Below the pieces are notes generated by a model that made no database searches, was not told the DNA's origin, and worked only from the letters and a program-made list of their open reading frames with translations. Both the position numbers and the translations under genes were made by a program. Source: a virus (Duplodnaviria > Caudoviricetes). Taken from it: a stretch of 30,679 bases of DNA. Positions 9,960-18,198 of this stretch are shown here, one piece after another. How positions within the stretch are numbered: position 1 is the stretch's first letter; the number at the start of each line of letters is the position of its first letter. The stretch is from the IMG/VR virus record IMGVR_UViG_3300032218_000576, positions 1 through 30,679 of that record; one strand, 5' to 3'.

Positions 9960-11384
9960 ATGCCAGACTATCAATTCAACACGAATTTGGGGCCAGCACC
10001 TCAACAAGGCACTAGCTTGGGCGACTTGATCAACACGGCGCGTGGTGTTCAGGCTTATCAGCAGTCTCAAGAACTTAATCCGTTGCAGCTTCAAAAAGCT
10101 CGCATGGAAATTGAACAAGCGACAAAAATTAATCCTTTAGCTGTTCGTAAAGCAACTGCGGAAACTGGTGTTTCTGAACTTGAACTTGGCGTTAAAAAAC
10201 GTGTTGAGGCAGGAAGAATTGCGGCTGCGAGTGCAACCGACCCTGTTTTGATGGACTTGGTAAAAAAAGGTGATGCAAACGGAATCACGGAATATTTGGA
10301 TGACCTAAAGCCAGAACTACACAAAAGTGGTTTTAGTAAGTCTGAAGCAAGTGCAGCAATAGCTCCATTGATCGTACAAGCTCACAAAGACCCAACCAAG
10401 ATTCTTCCTGCTTTGCAGCTGTTGTCTAAACAAGCGATTAGCCCAGCAGAGCAAGTTGGTTTGGTAACGCCTAAAATTGGTCAAAACGCAGCAGGACAAA
10501 CAATTGCACAAAACCCTGTTACAGGTCAATTTGATGTTATGGGTACGCCACAAACTAACCCAATGGGTGTTCGTACTCAAACATTTACAGACCCTGTTAC
10601 CGGAAACATTGTTCAGGCTCCTGTTACTCCACAAGGTACTTTAGGCGCACCGTCCAATTTGATGGGTGGCGCTGGCGCACCTGGTGCTGCACCACAGCCA
10701 AGCAATGCACCTCAAGCAGTCCCTACGGGTTCAACGGCAGAGACAGAGCGCGCACGTGCTACGCAAGCAATTAATAGTTATGTTGGTTCTGTTAACGCAT
10801 TGACAGATGCAAGCAAGCCAGGACACATTCCTACCCAAGAATTTATTGCTAAAAAGCTGCTTACATATCTTAAAGACCCATCGGTTAACACAGGCCCGAT
10901 TGCCGATGTGTTGGCTGGCAAATCAAATCAAGCCACTTTGACTTCCAAAGAACAAGAAGTCTTGAAATTGATTCAGCAGCGTATTCAAAACCTAAACCCA
11001 CGCACAGACGCAGATGCCCAAAGCAAAAAAGACGCTTACGGTAGTTTCAGACTGAAAAAAGATGCTTTGACAGATTTGATTCGTCAAGACCTTGGCAACA
11101 TTCAAAATCAAAAATTGTTAGCAAATGGCATGATGAACGCTGCTGGAGACCCGAGAAATCCTAATTTGCCTGCTGTTAACAAGTTTCAATCTGAATACTC
11201 TCAATTCTCAAAAGACCCTGCATTGATGCAATACATGGGCATTGTTGGAACTGGTCAAAAAGCTTCTATTGATGAGCATGACAAAGAAGCCTTACGCAAA
11301 TTGATGCGTGAAAATGGGCTATCAACTCTTGCTGAACTTGAGCAAAAACGCAAACAATTGGTCGAAATTTCAGGGGTCAAATAA
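9960..11384 (+). CDS. DNA ejection protein (gp20 position)
   Basis: 474 aa helical Q/A-rich protein; second of three large genes after gp14. Confidence 0.6.
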   Translation: MPDYQFNTNLGPAPQQGTSLGDLINTARGVQAYQQSQELNPLQLQKARMEIEQATKINPLAVRKATAETGVSELELGVKKRVEAGRIAAASATDPVLMDLVKKGDANGITEYLDDLKPELHKSGFSKSEASAAIAPLIVQAHKDPTKILPALQLLSKQAISPAEQVGLVTPKIGQNAAGQTIAQNPVTGQFDVMGTPQTNPMGVRTQTFTDPVTGNIVQAPVTPQGTLGAPSNLMGGAGAPGAAPQPSNAPQAVPTGSTAETERARATQAINSYVGSVNALTDASKPGHIPTQEFIAKKLLTYLKDPSVNTGPIADVLAGKSNQATLTSKEQEVLKLIQQRIQNLNPRTDADAQSKKDAYGSFRLKKDALTDLIRQDLGNIQNQKLLANGMMNAAGDPRNPNLPAVNKFQSEYSQFSKDPALMQYMGIVGTGQKASIDEHDKEALRKLMRENGLSTLAELEQKRKQLVEISGVK

Positions 11385-12952
11385 TGGCTGAAGTAAACAT
11401 AGACGATCTTGTTAAAAGTTTTGGCTCTCCTGTTAACCAAGAGCAGGATGTTTCTTCAATCATTTCAGGTTTAGGAAATGCTCCTGCGCCAGCAACAGAA
11501 ACCAGTTTGCTTGCTGAATACGGCCAAGAAGCCAAAAAAGGTTTGGCAAAGTTGGGCAGAGGTGCTGAATTGGTAGCACGTGGAATGGCTCAGTCTGTAC
11601 CTAGTGCAACTGCTGGATATATGGCTGGTGGGCCTGTTGGCGGCATGATTGGAAGCGTTGCTATTCCTTTTGGTGATACTTTAAACAGCATCATCAACCG
11701 AGTGGCTGGAACTAATCTTCGTATGCCAAGCGAGATTGTTTCTACCAACCTTGAAAAAGCAGGTTTACGCGCACCAGCAACGCAAGCAGGTCGTGTGGCC
11801 GAAGCCGCTGGTGCTGGTCTTGGTGGTGCTGCATCTGAACTAAGTTCAATGTACAACCTTGCCAAGTCTGCCAATCCTGTATTGAAACAAATTGGCGAAG
11901 AGTTTACAGAAAAAGCTGGACGTCAATTGGCTACGGCTCCTGCTGCTGCTGGAGCTGGTCAATACGTTGGAGAAGAAACTGGAAGTCCTTTTGCTGGATT
12001 ATTAGCTTCTTTAGGTGTTGGATCTACCGCAGGCATCAACCCTTTGAAAAAAGCTAAGGGCGCACCTACTCACGAAGATTTGGTTTTTGAATCAAAGAAT
12101 CTTTACGACAAAGCAAAAGAATCTGGCGTTCAGTTTGACACAGTTAAATTTGCGGATGAGATGCACGGCATAGGCAAAAGCCTTCGTGCAGAAGGATACA
12201 CGCCCAAAGCATATCCTGGCATAGCTTCTGTCGTTGAAGAAATGACCAACGTGCAAAATCCGAAAGATTTTACGGAACTTCAATCTATTCGCAAGATGAT
12301 TCAAGGCCAGCAAAAAAGTGCAGACCCTGAAACAAGACGACTTGCTTCTATTTTGAAAGATGATTTTGACAATTATTTGTTGTCTGCACCTGCCCAACAT
12401 ATCACCACCGGAACACCTGAAGGCTTGAAACATTGGTCAGAAGCTCGCAATTCTTACAGCCGCCTCAAAAAATCTGAAATTTTTGATGACATGCTGCAAA
12501 ACGCTGAATTGGATAAAAGCAAATTTACTCAATCAGGCGCAGAAAACTCTATGGCGCAACAACTTCGTCAATTGGCTAAAAACGACAAAAAGATGCGGAC
12601 GTTTACGCCTGAAGAACAAAACGCCATTCGTGAAGCGGCAAAAGGTGGCAACGTACAAAACATGCTGAAGTTTTATGGCCGATTTGCTCCTACTGGTCCT
12701 GTCAGCAGTTTGTTTGCTGGTGGTGCTACGGCGCTTGAACCTTTGATCGGTGTCCCATTTGCGACTGGTGCTGCTGGCGCACGTATGGGGGCAGAAGCTA
12801 TGAGACGAAATTCTGTTGAAAACCTTGGCGCACAAATGCGTTTAGGTAAAAAACCAGAATTCACTCCTAGATATTCGCCTGAACAAGCATTGATTGGCGC
12901 ACAGCCTGCATCAAAGTTCTATTATCTAAACGATTTGGCTAAGGAAAAATAA
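11384..12952 (+). CDS. DNA ejection protein (gp16 position)
   Basis: 522 aa; Gly/Ala hydrophobic stretches, LYDKAKESG, FTPEEQNAI; coupled by TAATG. Confidence 0.6.
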   Translation: MAEVNIDDLVKSFGSPVNQEQDVSSIISGLGNAPAPATETSLLAEYGQEAKKGLAKLGRGAELVARGMAQSVPSATAGYMAGGPVGGMIGSVAIPFGDTLNSIINRVAGTNLRMPSEIVSTNLEKAGLRAPATQAGRVAEAAGAGLGGAASELSSMYNLAKSANPVLKQIGEEFTEKAGRQLATAPAAAGAGQYVGEETGSPFAGLLASLGVGSTAGINPLKKAKGAPTHEDLVFESKNLYDKAKESGVQFDTVKFADEMHGIGKSLRAEGYTPKAYPGIASVVEEMTNVQNPKDFTELQSIRKMIQGQQKSADPETRRLASILKDDFDNYLLSAPAQHITTGTPEGLKHWSEARNSYSRLKKSEIFDDMLQNAELDKSKFTQSGAENSMAQQLRQLAKNDKKMRTFTPEEQNAIREAAKGGNVQNMLKFYGRFAPTGPVSSLFAGGATALEPLIGVPFATGAAGARMGAEAMRRNSVENLGAQMRLGKKPEFTPRYSPEQALIGAQPASKFYYLNDLAKEK

Positions 12953-13494
12953 TGGCAGTCAATTTATCCCCTATTGGTAACGGCTTTCAGTTCTTTACCA
13001 CCACAGGTCTGCCGTTAAACGGCGGCTATCTTTATACCTACCAAGCAGGCTCCACAACGCCTTTGGCTACTTATACGGATTCGGCAGGTACTAGCGCCAA
13101 CACCAACCCGATTCAATTGGGAACGGATGGTCGTCCGCCACAAGAAATCTGGCTTACCGCTGGTTCAAACTACAAATTTGTTCTGACCGATTCCTCTAGC
13201 GTGGTGATTCAAACTTATGACAACCTTTACGGGATTATTGGAACAACTGGCAACGTTAGTGCTGTGCCTTCTGGCGGAATTATTATGTGGTCTGGTTCAA
13301 TTGGTTCTGTTCCTTCTGGTTATTACCTATGTGATGGGACGAATGGCACTCCTGATTTGCGTGACCGTTTTGTTGTTGGTTCTGGCTCAACCTATGCTGT
13401 TGGCAATACTGGCGGCTTTACTTCTTCTGTAACGTCAAACATTGGTACAAACCTGCCTTTGTACTATTCATTGGCCTTCATCCAAAAGTCTTGA
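12952..13494 (+). CDS. Short tail fibre/adaptor with tail-collar domain
   Basis: QFF...GLPLNGG.LYTYQAG.TTPLATYTD..NTNPI.L N-domain plus PSGGIIMWSG..PSGYYLCDGTNGTPDLRDRFVVG collar motif; tailspike position. Confidence 0.82.
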   Translation: MAVNLSPIGNGFQFFTTTGLPLNGGYLYTYQAGSTTPLATYTDSAGTSANTNPIQLGTDGRPPQEIWLTAGSNYKFVLTDSSSVVIQTYDNLYGIIGTTGNVSAVPSGGIIMWSGSIGSVPSGYYLCDGTNGTPDLRDRFVVGSGSTYAVGNTGGFTSSVTSNIGTNLPLYYSLAFIQKS

Positions 13495-13495
13495 T

Positions 13496-13708
13496 ATGTC
13501 TAGTCCAGAAATTGATTTAGTCAAATACGGCGTCCTTTGGCAAAAAGTTGAGTCAATGGAGGCCAAGATTGACAAGATGGAAACTCAGCTTGAAACCCTG
13601 ATTGCTTTGGCTAACAAGGGTCGCGGCGGGTTTTGGATGGGCATGATCTTTGTTTCTGCTGTATCTTCCGTTGCCGGATGGCTGACCCATTGGTTTAACA
13701 GAGGTTAG
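13496..13708 (+). CDS. Small coiled-coil plus TM protein (holin/XhlA-like)
   Basis: 70 aa from ATG 13496; heptad segment then ANKGRGGFW and one TM helix; first gene of the lysis module. Confidence 0.65.
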   Translation: MSSPEIDLVKYGVLWQKVESMEAKIDKMETQLETLIALANKGRGGFWMGMIFVSAVSSVAGWLTHWFNRG

Positions 13709-13710
13709 TC

Positions 13711-14529
13711 ATTGACCCTTTTAGCCTTCTCCTTCTTGCGCAGAGTGCTGTCTCTGCCATCAAATCGGGGTGCGAAATGCTCCGAGAAGGTCAAGTGGCC
13801 GTTGATGAATTCAAAGAGCAGGCTGAGTCGCTGGTCGGTCAAGCGAAAGAAGCATACAACACGCTTTCAGGCCTTTGGGAGTGGGCTACATTACTTTGGG
13901 CTAAGTTGGTCGGCGCACAACCGGTGGGACATTCGGTATCGCCTGATGCTGGACAGCGGGAGCCTACGCCTGTCAAAGCAAAACCCAAAGCCAAACGAGC
14001 CGCTGACCCAGACCCTGAAATCCTCCAGATGCAGGTCGTTCACAAGGTCAGCACTCAATTGGGTGAATTCTTTGACATCCAGCAAAAGATCACAAACCAC
14101 TACCAAGATTTGGAGTTGGCTTCAATCACCGTTTACAGCCCTGAACAAAACAACGCAAAAAAGGCTATTGAGCGCGTAGAGGTTGAATTGCAAATGGAGT
14201 ATTTGGGCGAACAGATCAGAGAGGCGATGGTCTACGCTCCAAGGGAACTAAAAGACCTATACACACGTTTCTTGCGGATGTATGGAAAGATTGAACAAGA
14301 ACAGGAGTTTGCTAGGCAACAACTGATCATGCAGGCCAGATACAAAAGGGCACGAGAATGGCGACATCACAATCTAAAGGTCGAGCTGGGAATGTGGGGT
14401 CTGGGTCTAATAATCGTGTGGGCGGTAACGGTGTGGATGATGATGCAAATCGCATTGCTGAGTGGGCAATCGCCGGAATGGTTTTCTTTGGAATCGTTTG
14501 TTTCATTTGTCTCCCAGTTGCGGCAATGA
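13711..14529 (+). CDS. Lysis-region membrane protein, probable ATT start
   Basis: Frame open from 13699; IDPFSLLLLAQSAVSAIKSGC leader starts at ATT 13711, 6 nt after GAGG; coiled coils and C-terminal TM; fallback ATG 13777. Confidence 0.7.
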   Translation: MDPFSLLLLAQSAVSAIKSGCEMLREGQVAVDEFKEQAESLVGQAKEAYNTLSGLWEWATLLWAKLVGAQPVGHSVSPDAGQREPTPVKAKPKAKRAADPDPEILQMQVVHKVSTQLGEFFDIQQKITNHYQDLELASITVYSPEQNNAKKAIERVEVELQMEYLGEQIREAMVYAPRELKDLYTRFLRMYGKIEQEQEFARQQLIMQARYKRAREWRHHNLKVELGMWGLGLIIVWAVTVWMMMQIALLSGQSPEWFSLESFVSFVSQLRQ

Positions 14530-14636
14530 TTTTGATCGAGGCCAAGAAGATAAACGCAAACGCACAATCGGCATTAGTGGAAACGAAGAAGCTGCAACAA
14601 CAGCTAAAACCTAAGAAAGAGGTAACTGATGAATGA
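14358..14636 (+). CDS. Small membrane protein overlapping the previous gene
   Basis: One TM (WAIAGMVFFGIVCFICLPVAAMILI) plus basic coiled coil; stop overlaps the next gene; start uncertain. Confidence 0.55.
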   Translation: MATSQSKGRAGNVGSGSNNRVGGNGVDDDANRIAEWAIAGMVFFGIVCFICLPVAAMILIEAKKINANAQSALVETKKLQQQLKPKKEVTDE

Positions 14637-15111
14637 CCTACTCAATCTACTTAAGGGTGTCGCGCCGACATTGGCGACAGCGGTTGCAGGCCCATTGGGT
14701 GGTGCTGCCGTTAGTGCTTTGGCTGCTAAGTTTGGCGTTTCTGACAGCGTTGAAAGCGTGGCAAAGGCTATCGCTGGCGACCCTGCGGCTTCTGCAAAAC
14801 TTCAAGAAATAGAGCTGGAGTATGCCAAGCTGGACATGGCAAACACGGCTGATGCACGCAAGATGAACTCTGAGATTCAAAACTCAACTGCTGCATCTTG
14901 GATGTCAAAAAACATTGCATATTGCATTGACATTGCAATTGTCACTAGCACCATTGGATTGACGGGCATGTTAATGACGTCAAGCGTACCCCAAGAGAAC
15001 AAAGAGCTGGCGCTGATGGCGTTTGGCTCATTGGTGACCCTGTGCGGAACAGTGGTTAATTTTCATCGTGGCTCCTCTCAAGGGAGCAAAGACAAATCAG
15101 CGAAAGGTTAA
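14629..15111 (+). CDS. Holin-like membrane protein (3TM/GTA-holin-like)
   Basis: VAPTLATAVAGPLGG N-term, DARKM, two C-terminal TMs, NFHRGSSQGSKDK tail. Confidence 0.72.
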   Translation: MNDLLNLLKGVAPTLATAVAGPLGGAAVSALAAKFGVSDSVESVAKAIAGDPAASAKLQEIELEYAKLDMANTADARKMNSEIQNSTAASWMSKNIAYCIDIAIVTSTIGLTGMLMTSSVPQENKELALMAFGSLVTLCGTVVNFHRGSSQGSKDKSAKG

Positions 15112-15113
15112 AA

Positions 15114-15326
15114 ATGAATGTACGTGACGCTTGCGTGGTAACTGCCACGATTTCTTTGGTTGCTGTGGTGGCCGGAATGATGATCATGTTTGTGATCGCT
15201 CTTGTTGACCCTGCCGTTGATGATGGTATGGTTTTTTCAATCGTTGGCCCTGCCTTTCAGACCATTGTTGGCGGGTTTATTGGCCTGATTACTGGCATCA
15301 AAGTCGGTGAGGGGATGGACAAATGA
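15114..15326 (+). CDS. Small two-TM membrane protein (holin-like)
   Basis: Two hydrophobic helices, PAFQTIVGGFIGLITG; directly upstream of the endolysin. Confidence 0.65.
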   Translation: MNVRDACVVTATISLVAVVAGMMIMFVIALVDPAVDDGMVFSIVGPAFQTIVGGFIGLITGIKVGEGMDK

Positions 15327-15772
15327 AACTGAGCGAGCATTTCACTCTTGAGGAAGCTACGTACAGCGAGACTGCTATCCGTATGCACATTGACAACAAC
15401 CCAAGCACGCTGCAACTTGAGAATATGAAAGTTGCCGCTGAAAGACTAGAGGCAGTTCGTGCTGTTACTGGCCCATTACGCGTTAATTCTTGGTTGCGTT
15501 TGCCTGATGTTAATGTGGCTGTGGGAGGAAGCAAAGTCTCCAGCCATATGGATGGTTGGGCCATTGACGTTTCTTCTTCTTCTCACACTCCTTACGAACT
15601 CTGCCAATTGGTAAAAAAGGCCGGTATCAAGTTTGATCAGATGATTTATGAATTTGGTCGATGGATGCACATCAGCTTTGCCCCAGAAATGCGCCAGCAA
15701 GAACTTACGATTTTTAAACCAGAAAATAAGTACAAGCCAGGCATTCTGACTGAAGCAGAGTATCACGCTTAA
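15323..15772 (+). CDS. Endolysin, peptidase M15A family
   Basis: LSEHFTLEE, NSWLR..N.AVGG..SSHMDGWAID, WMHISF: Zn-binding H..D..H motifs. Confidence 0.9.
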   Translation: MKLSEHFTLEEATYSETAIRMHIDNNPSTLQLENMKVAAERLEAVRAVTGPLRVNSWLRLPDVNVAVGGSKVSSHMDGWAIDVSSSSHTPYELCQLVKKAGIKFDQMIYEFGRWMHISFAPEMRQQELTIFKPENKYKPGILTEAEYHA

Positions 15773-15873
15773 TCGTCAAGCGCGACCATCATTGAAATCA
15801 CGATTAGGAACACGGCGGCGTAGAAAAACCCGCCTCCTATAAGCAAAACAATTAAGATTTCTAAGCTATCCAT
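15769..15873 (-). CDS. 34-aa membrane peptide (MDSLEILIVLLIGGGFFYAAVFLIVISMMVALDD)
   Basis: Manual translation; SD AAGGAG; stop overlaps the endolysin stop (TTAA). Confidence 0.6.
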   Translation of the reverse strand: MDSLEILIVLLIGGGFFYAAVFLIVISMMVALDD

Positions 15874-15922
15874 TAGGTTTCTCCTTTGGTTTCTTGCGTT
15901 TACGCCATAGTGAGTCTTTCAT
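15866..15922 (-). CDS. 18-aa basic peptide (MKDSLWRKRKKPKEKPNG)
   Basis: ATGA-coupled to the upstream gene; fills the gap in the operon. Confidence 0.35.
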   Translation of the reverse strand: MKDSLWRKRKKPKEKPNG

Positions 15923-16023
15923 GCTTTACCTACTCCATATCCAATCAGATAAAAAAACACCGCTACAACCATTGGATGCTTTAAGCAGCAACCGGAAAAC
16001 CACCAATCAATAAACTTGGTCAT
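15919..16023 (-). CDS. 34-aa membrane peptide (MTKFIDWWFSGCCLKHPMVVAVFFYLIGYGVGKA)
   Basis: Manual translation; ATGA coupling at both ends; SD GGGGGA. Confidence 0.55.
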   Translation of the reverse strand: MTKFIDWWFSGCCLKHPMVVAVFFYLIGYGVGKA

Positions 16024-16346
16024 ACATCCCCCGCCGGTTCGTAGGTCATGGCAAAAATGTCGGGCTTGCACGGGTAGTGCTCACCCTTTACGCCGGTGAT
16101 GATCCAGTCGCCAGGGCAGACGATGTGGCCACCTTCAAGCGTGTCAATCCAGCCGTGGTTGCGAAATACGTTTCCGCACATGCACATCTTGCCGCCAAAC
16201 ACTTGAGGGTGTCGATAGTAGCGAACCACTCTGCCCTCAAAGTTTTCAGGAAGCACGCCTTCAGGACTCCATCTGTCTTCTGGGTGGTCGCCATTCTTGA
16301 ACCATTGGGTGGCCTCAATCACCACGGGTTTCTTGCGGTACTTCAT
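16020..16346 (-). CDS. Conserved phage protein (KYRKKPVVIEA...PGDWII...YPCKPDIF family)
   Basis: Widespread phage motif pattern; visibly GC-richer than neighbours. Confidence 0.8.
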   Translation of the reverse strand: MKYRKKPVVIEATQWFKNGDHPEDRWSPEGVLPENFEGRVVRYYRHPQVFGGKMCMCGNVFRNHGWIDTLEGGHIVCPGDWIITGVKGEHYPCKPDIFAMTYEPAGDV

Positions 16347-16355
16347 ACATCCCCC
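16020..16355. repeat. 13-bp direct repeat TCATACATCCCCC flanking one gene
   Basis: Copies at 16020-16032 and 16343-16355. Confidence 0.85.
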
Positions 16356-16594
16356 AATGCTTCATCTATTGCTTTGATGGCTTCTTGCGCTCGAAATGAG
16401 CCCCCCAATCTCCACACGGCAACATCACCGCCTCCACCGGTAAATTTGTCTGGCAACCCAAATAAACCTTTCAACGCCTCACGCGCCAGCATCAGCGCAG
16501 CATCTTTCTTGTTGCCATCTGTAACCCCGTGAGCTACTTTGCGTTGCTGTGCTTTTTCAATGTCATCAAAGGCTTCGTCTTCATAGTCTTTCAT
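16343..16594 (-). CDS. Hypothetical phage protein
   Basis: 83 aa; EDEAFDDIE start and AREAL..AIKAIDEAL motifs; ATGA-coupled. Confidence 0.7.
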   Translation of the reverse strand: MKDYEDEAFDDIEKAQQRKVAHGVTDGNKKDAALMLAREALKGLFGLPDKFTGGGGDVAVWRLGGSFRAQEAIKAIDEALGDV

Positions 16595-16782
16595 TTTTGC
16601 TCCTTAAGGTCTTGGCGCAACCCTCTCCAATCGCAGTCCAAGCATGTTGCAGGTGAATCGCTGTCGTATGGTTTCATGCTGTGGTTGTAGTGCTCATCCG
16701 TGTTAACCATGATTTTTTGGTGGTATTCGGTCGCCACTCGATCACTTTTGCAATCAGGGCAGTAGTATGTTGGTTCTTTCAT
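16591..16782 (-). CDS. Small Zn-ribbon protein
   Basis: CPDC...CLDC; ATGA-coupled. Confidence 0.7.
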   Translation of the reverse strand: MKEPTYYCPDCKSDRVATEYHQKIMVNTDEHYNHSMKPYDSDSPATCLDCDWRGLRQDLKEQK

Positions 16783-17312
16783 GTGTTGTTTTCCTTAATC
16801 CAATGTTGAATACGTTGAAACGCTACAAGGTAATTGCCGTTCTCAGCAAACCTGCAAGCCTCTGCAAATTGTTCATCACTTAGTCCTACCCATGTGCGTT
16901 GTTGTGGTGTGGCTTTAAGCATGTGCTTTAGCCAATCAGCCTGAAACCACTCGTCTTGCCCGTTAATTCTGACGCATAGGTCTGTGTGATGCGCATGTTT
17001 TAGACGTTCAATTAGGCGTTGAATGGAATCTACTTGGAGCGAGTTGATATTTTTGTCAGTCAGAATCCACGCCACAGGCTCACCCTGCTCTTGCTTGGCT
17101 AGAAAACCTGCATCAACCACTTTTACAGACTTTGCCAAAGCCTTCATCAAAACATCGTGCTCATTTTTTGTGACGTTGCGCTGCTCTTGCTTGGCTAGTG
17201 CTTCTTCTAGGGCATAGATTGCTGCTTTCTGCATCGTTACAGATGTGTCGTAGTCAGCCTCGTATTGCAACGCCTCAAGCGCCAGCTTTGCAGCAGATTT
17301 CAAGTCATTCAT
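16779..17312 (-). CDS. Modular hypothetical phage protein (LALEAL / QEQGEPVAW / RTWVGLSDE modules)
   Basis: Mosaic modules common in proteobacterial phage early genes; internal 18-bp repeat. Confidence 0.75.
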   Translation of the reverse strand: MNDLKSAAKLALEALQYEADYDTSVTMQKAAIYALEEALAKQEQRNVTKNEHDVLMKALAKSVKVVDAGFLAKQEQGEPVAWILTDKNINSLQVDSIQRLIERLKHAHHTDLCVRINGQDEWFQADWLKHMLKATPQQRTWVGLSDEQFAEACRFAENGNYLVAFQRIQHWIKENNT

Positions 17313-17404
17313 AGCGGCGCATCCTCATGGTTGTTTGGGTTGAACTTAGGCACACTGCTGCCCTTGTCTAGTGGGTTTGGATAGGGTGGGAAAGGCCAGC
17401 TCAT
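17309..17404 (-). CDS. 31-aa Pro-rich peptide (MSWPFPPYPNP...EDAPL)
   Basis: Manual translation; ATGA coupling on both sides. Confidence 0.6.
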   Translation of the reverse strand: MSWPFPPYPNPLDKGSSVPKFNPNNHEDAPL

Positions 17405-17703
17405 ATCAGTTGCCCCTGCACAGGCACAAACGACCATTCACGTTCTTTGCGTTTACTTGCTGACAAGACTTCTTTTCCTGTCAATTGAATCAAACCCAAA
17501 GTCTGAAGTTCTTTCAATCTACGAGCAACCTGGTTGCTTTGCAGTCCTGTGTGTTTAGCAATTCCATCCTTACCAAGTGGGCCAAATCGCTTAAGACAAG
17601 CCACAATGACTTCTTGGTGCTGGATAGCAAGGTCAGTCGCTGATGCTGCTGCCTTGAAACTTGTGATGGCATCGTTTGCCCGTGATCGAAAAAACTGGAA
17701 CAT
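17401..17703 (-). CDS. Winged-helix DNA-binding protein
   Basis: KDGIAKHTGLQSNQVARRLKELQTLGLI HTH plus REREW wing. Confidence 0.75.
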   Translation of the reverse strand: MFQFFRSRANDAITSFKAAASATDLAIQHQEVIVACLKRFGPLGKDGIAKHTGLQSNQVARRLKELQTLGLIQLTGKEVLSASKRKEREWSFVPVQGQLI

Positions 17704-17734
17704 AAAACCTTCTTTCTTTGGTTAGTACATTGGA

Positions 17735-18175
17735 TTAAATTATTTTTGTTAATTTATTTTTAATGCCTTTTTTTACCGGACTTTTTTCACCTGTGCGTGA
17801 TTTACAGTATTCAACAAACTTTGGCATATTTAGGTTTTCTTTTTGCGTCCCCCATCGCAGGTTTTCTGGCCTGTTGTTAAGAGCGTTTTCGTCAAGATGC
17901 AAAACTACTGCACGCTCAAACGGGGCCGGTCCATGAAAGGCTTCGCAAACAAGTCGATGAATTTTCATGTTTCCAAATTTCCTATTTGCCAATCCCATGT
18001 ATTCGTGCCTAGCTGTTTTTGATGCCTTGGCTTTGAATCCAAAAGTTGGTTTTGGTTGATATTTTCGAATACCCCCATTTGGTAATGGGGATGTGCTGTC
18101 AGGCAACTTTATTCGACCAAATGAACTAGCCATTAAGCCTGGCTTGCTCGGTACGGGCTTCCATTTTTCTTCCAT
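17735..18175 (-). CDS. NUMOD4/HNH homing endonuclease
   Basis: EKWKPVP..ASSFGRIK (NUMOD4-like) plus IHRLVCEAFHG..HLDENALNNRPENLRWGTQKEN. Confidence 0.88.
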   Translation of the reverse strand: MEEKWKPVPSKPGLMASSFGRIKLPDSTSPLPNGGIRKYQPKPTFGFKAKASKTARHEYMGLANRKFGNMKIHRLVCEAFHGPAPFERAVVLHLDENALNNRPENLRWGTQKENLNMPKFVEYCKSRTGEKSPVKKGIKNKLTKII

Positions 18176-18181
18176 TTAGGA

Positions 18182-18190
18182 ATGATAGCA
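18182..18190 (-). promoter_or_regulatory. Extended -10 promoter, probable leaderless HNH transcript
   Basis: TGCTATCAT on the minus strand, 6 nt before ATG 18175; no SD. Confidence 0.45.
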
Positions 18191-18198
18191 TATCTTTT

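Noticed and set aside
39-12864. Many minus-strand and alternate-frame ORFs over the structural genes (e.g. 440-802, 925-1353, 9633-10118)
   Set aside because: Shadows of low-complexity plus-strand genes; no RBS or motifs
13712-14179. 155-aa plus-strand ORF
   Set aside because: Alternate frame of the 13711-14529 gene with non-protein-like composition
15815-15835. GGCGG...CCGCC hairpin as a terminator between convergent operons
   Set aside because: Short stem, long loop, no U-tract after the stem on either strand, and inside a coding micro-ORF
16077-16532. 151-aa plus-strand ORF
   Set aside because: Antisense to two well-supported coupled genes
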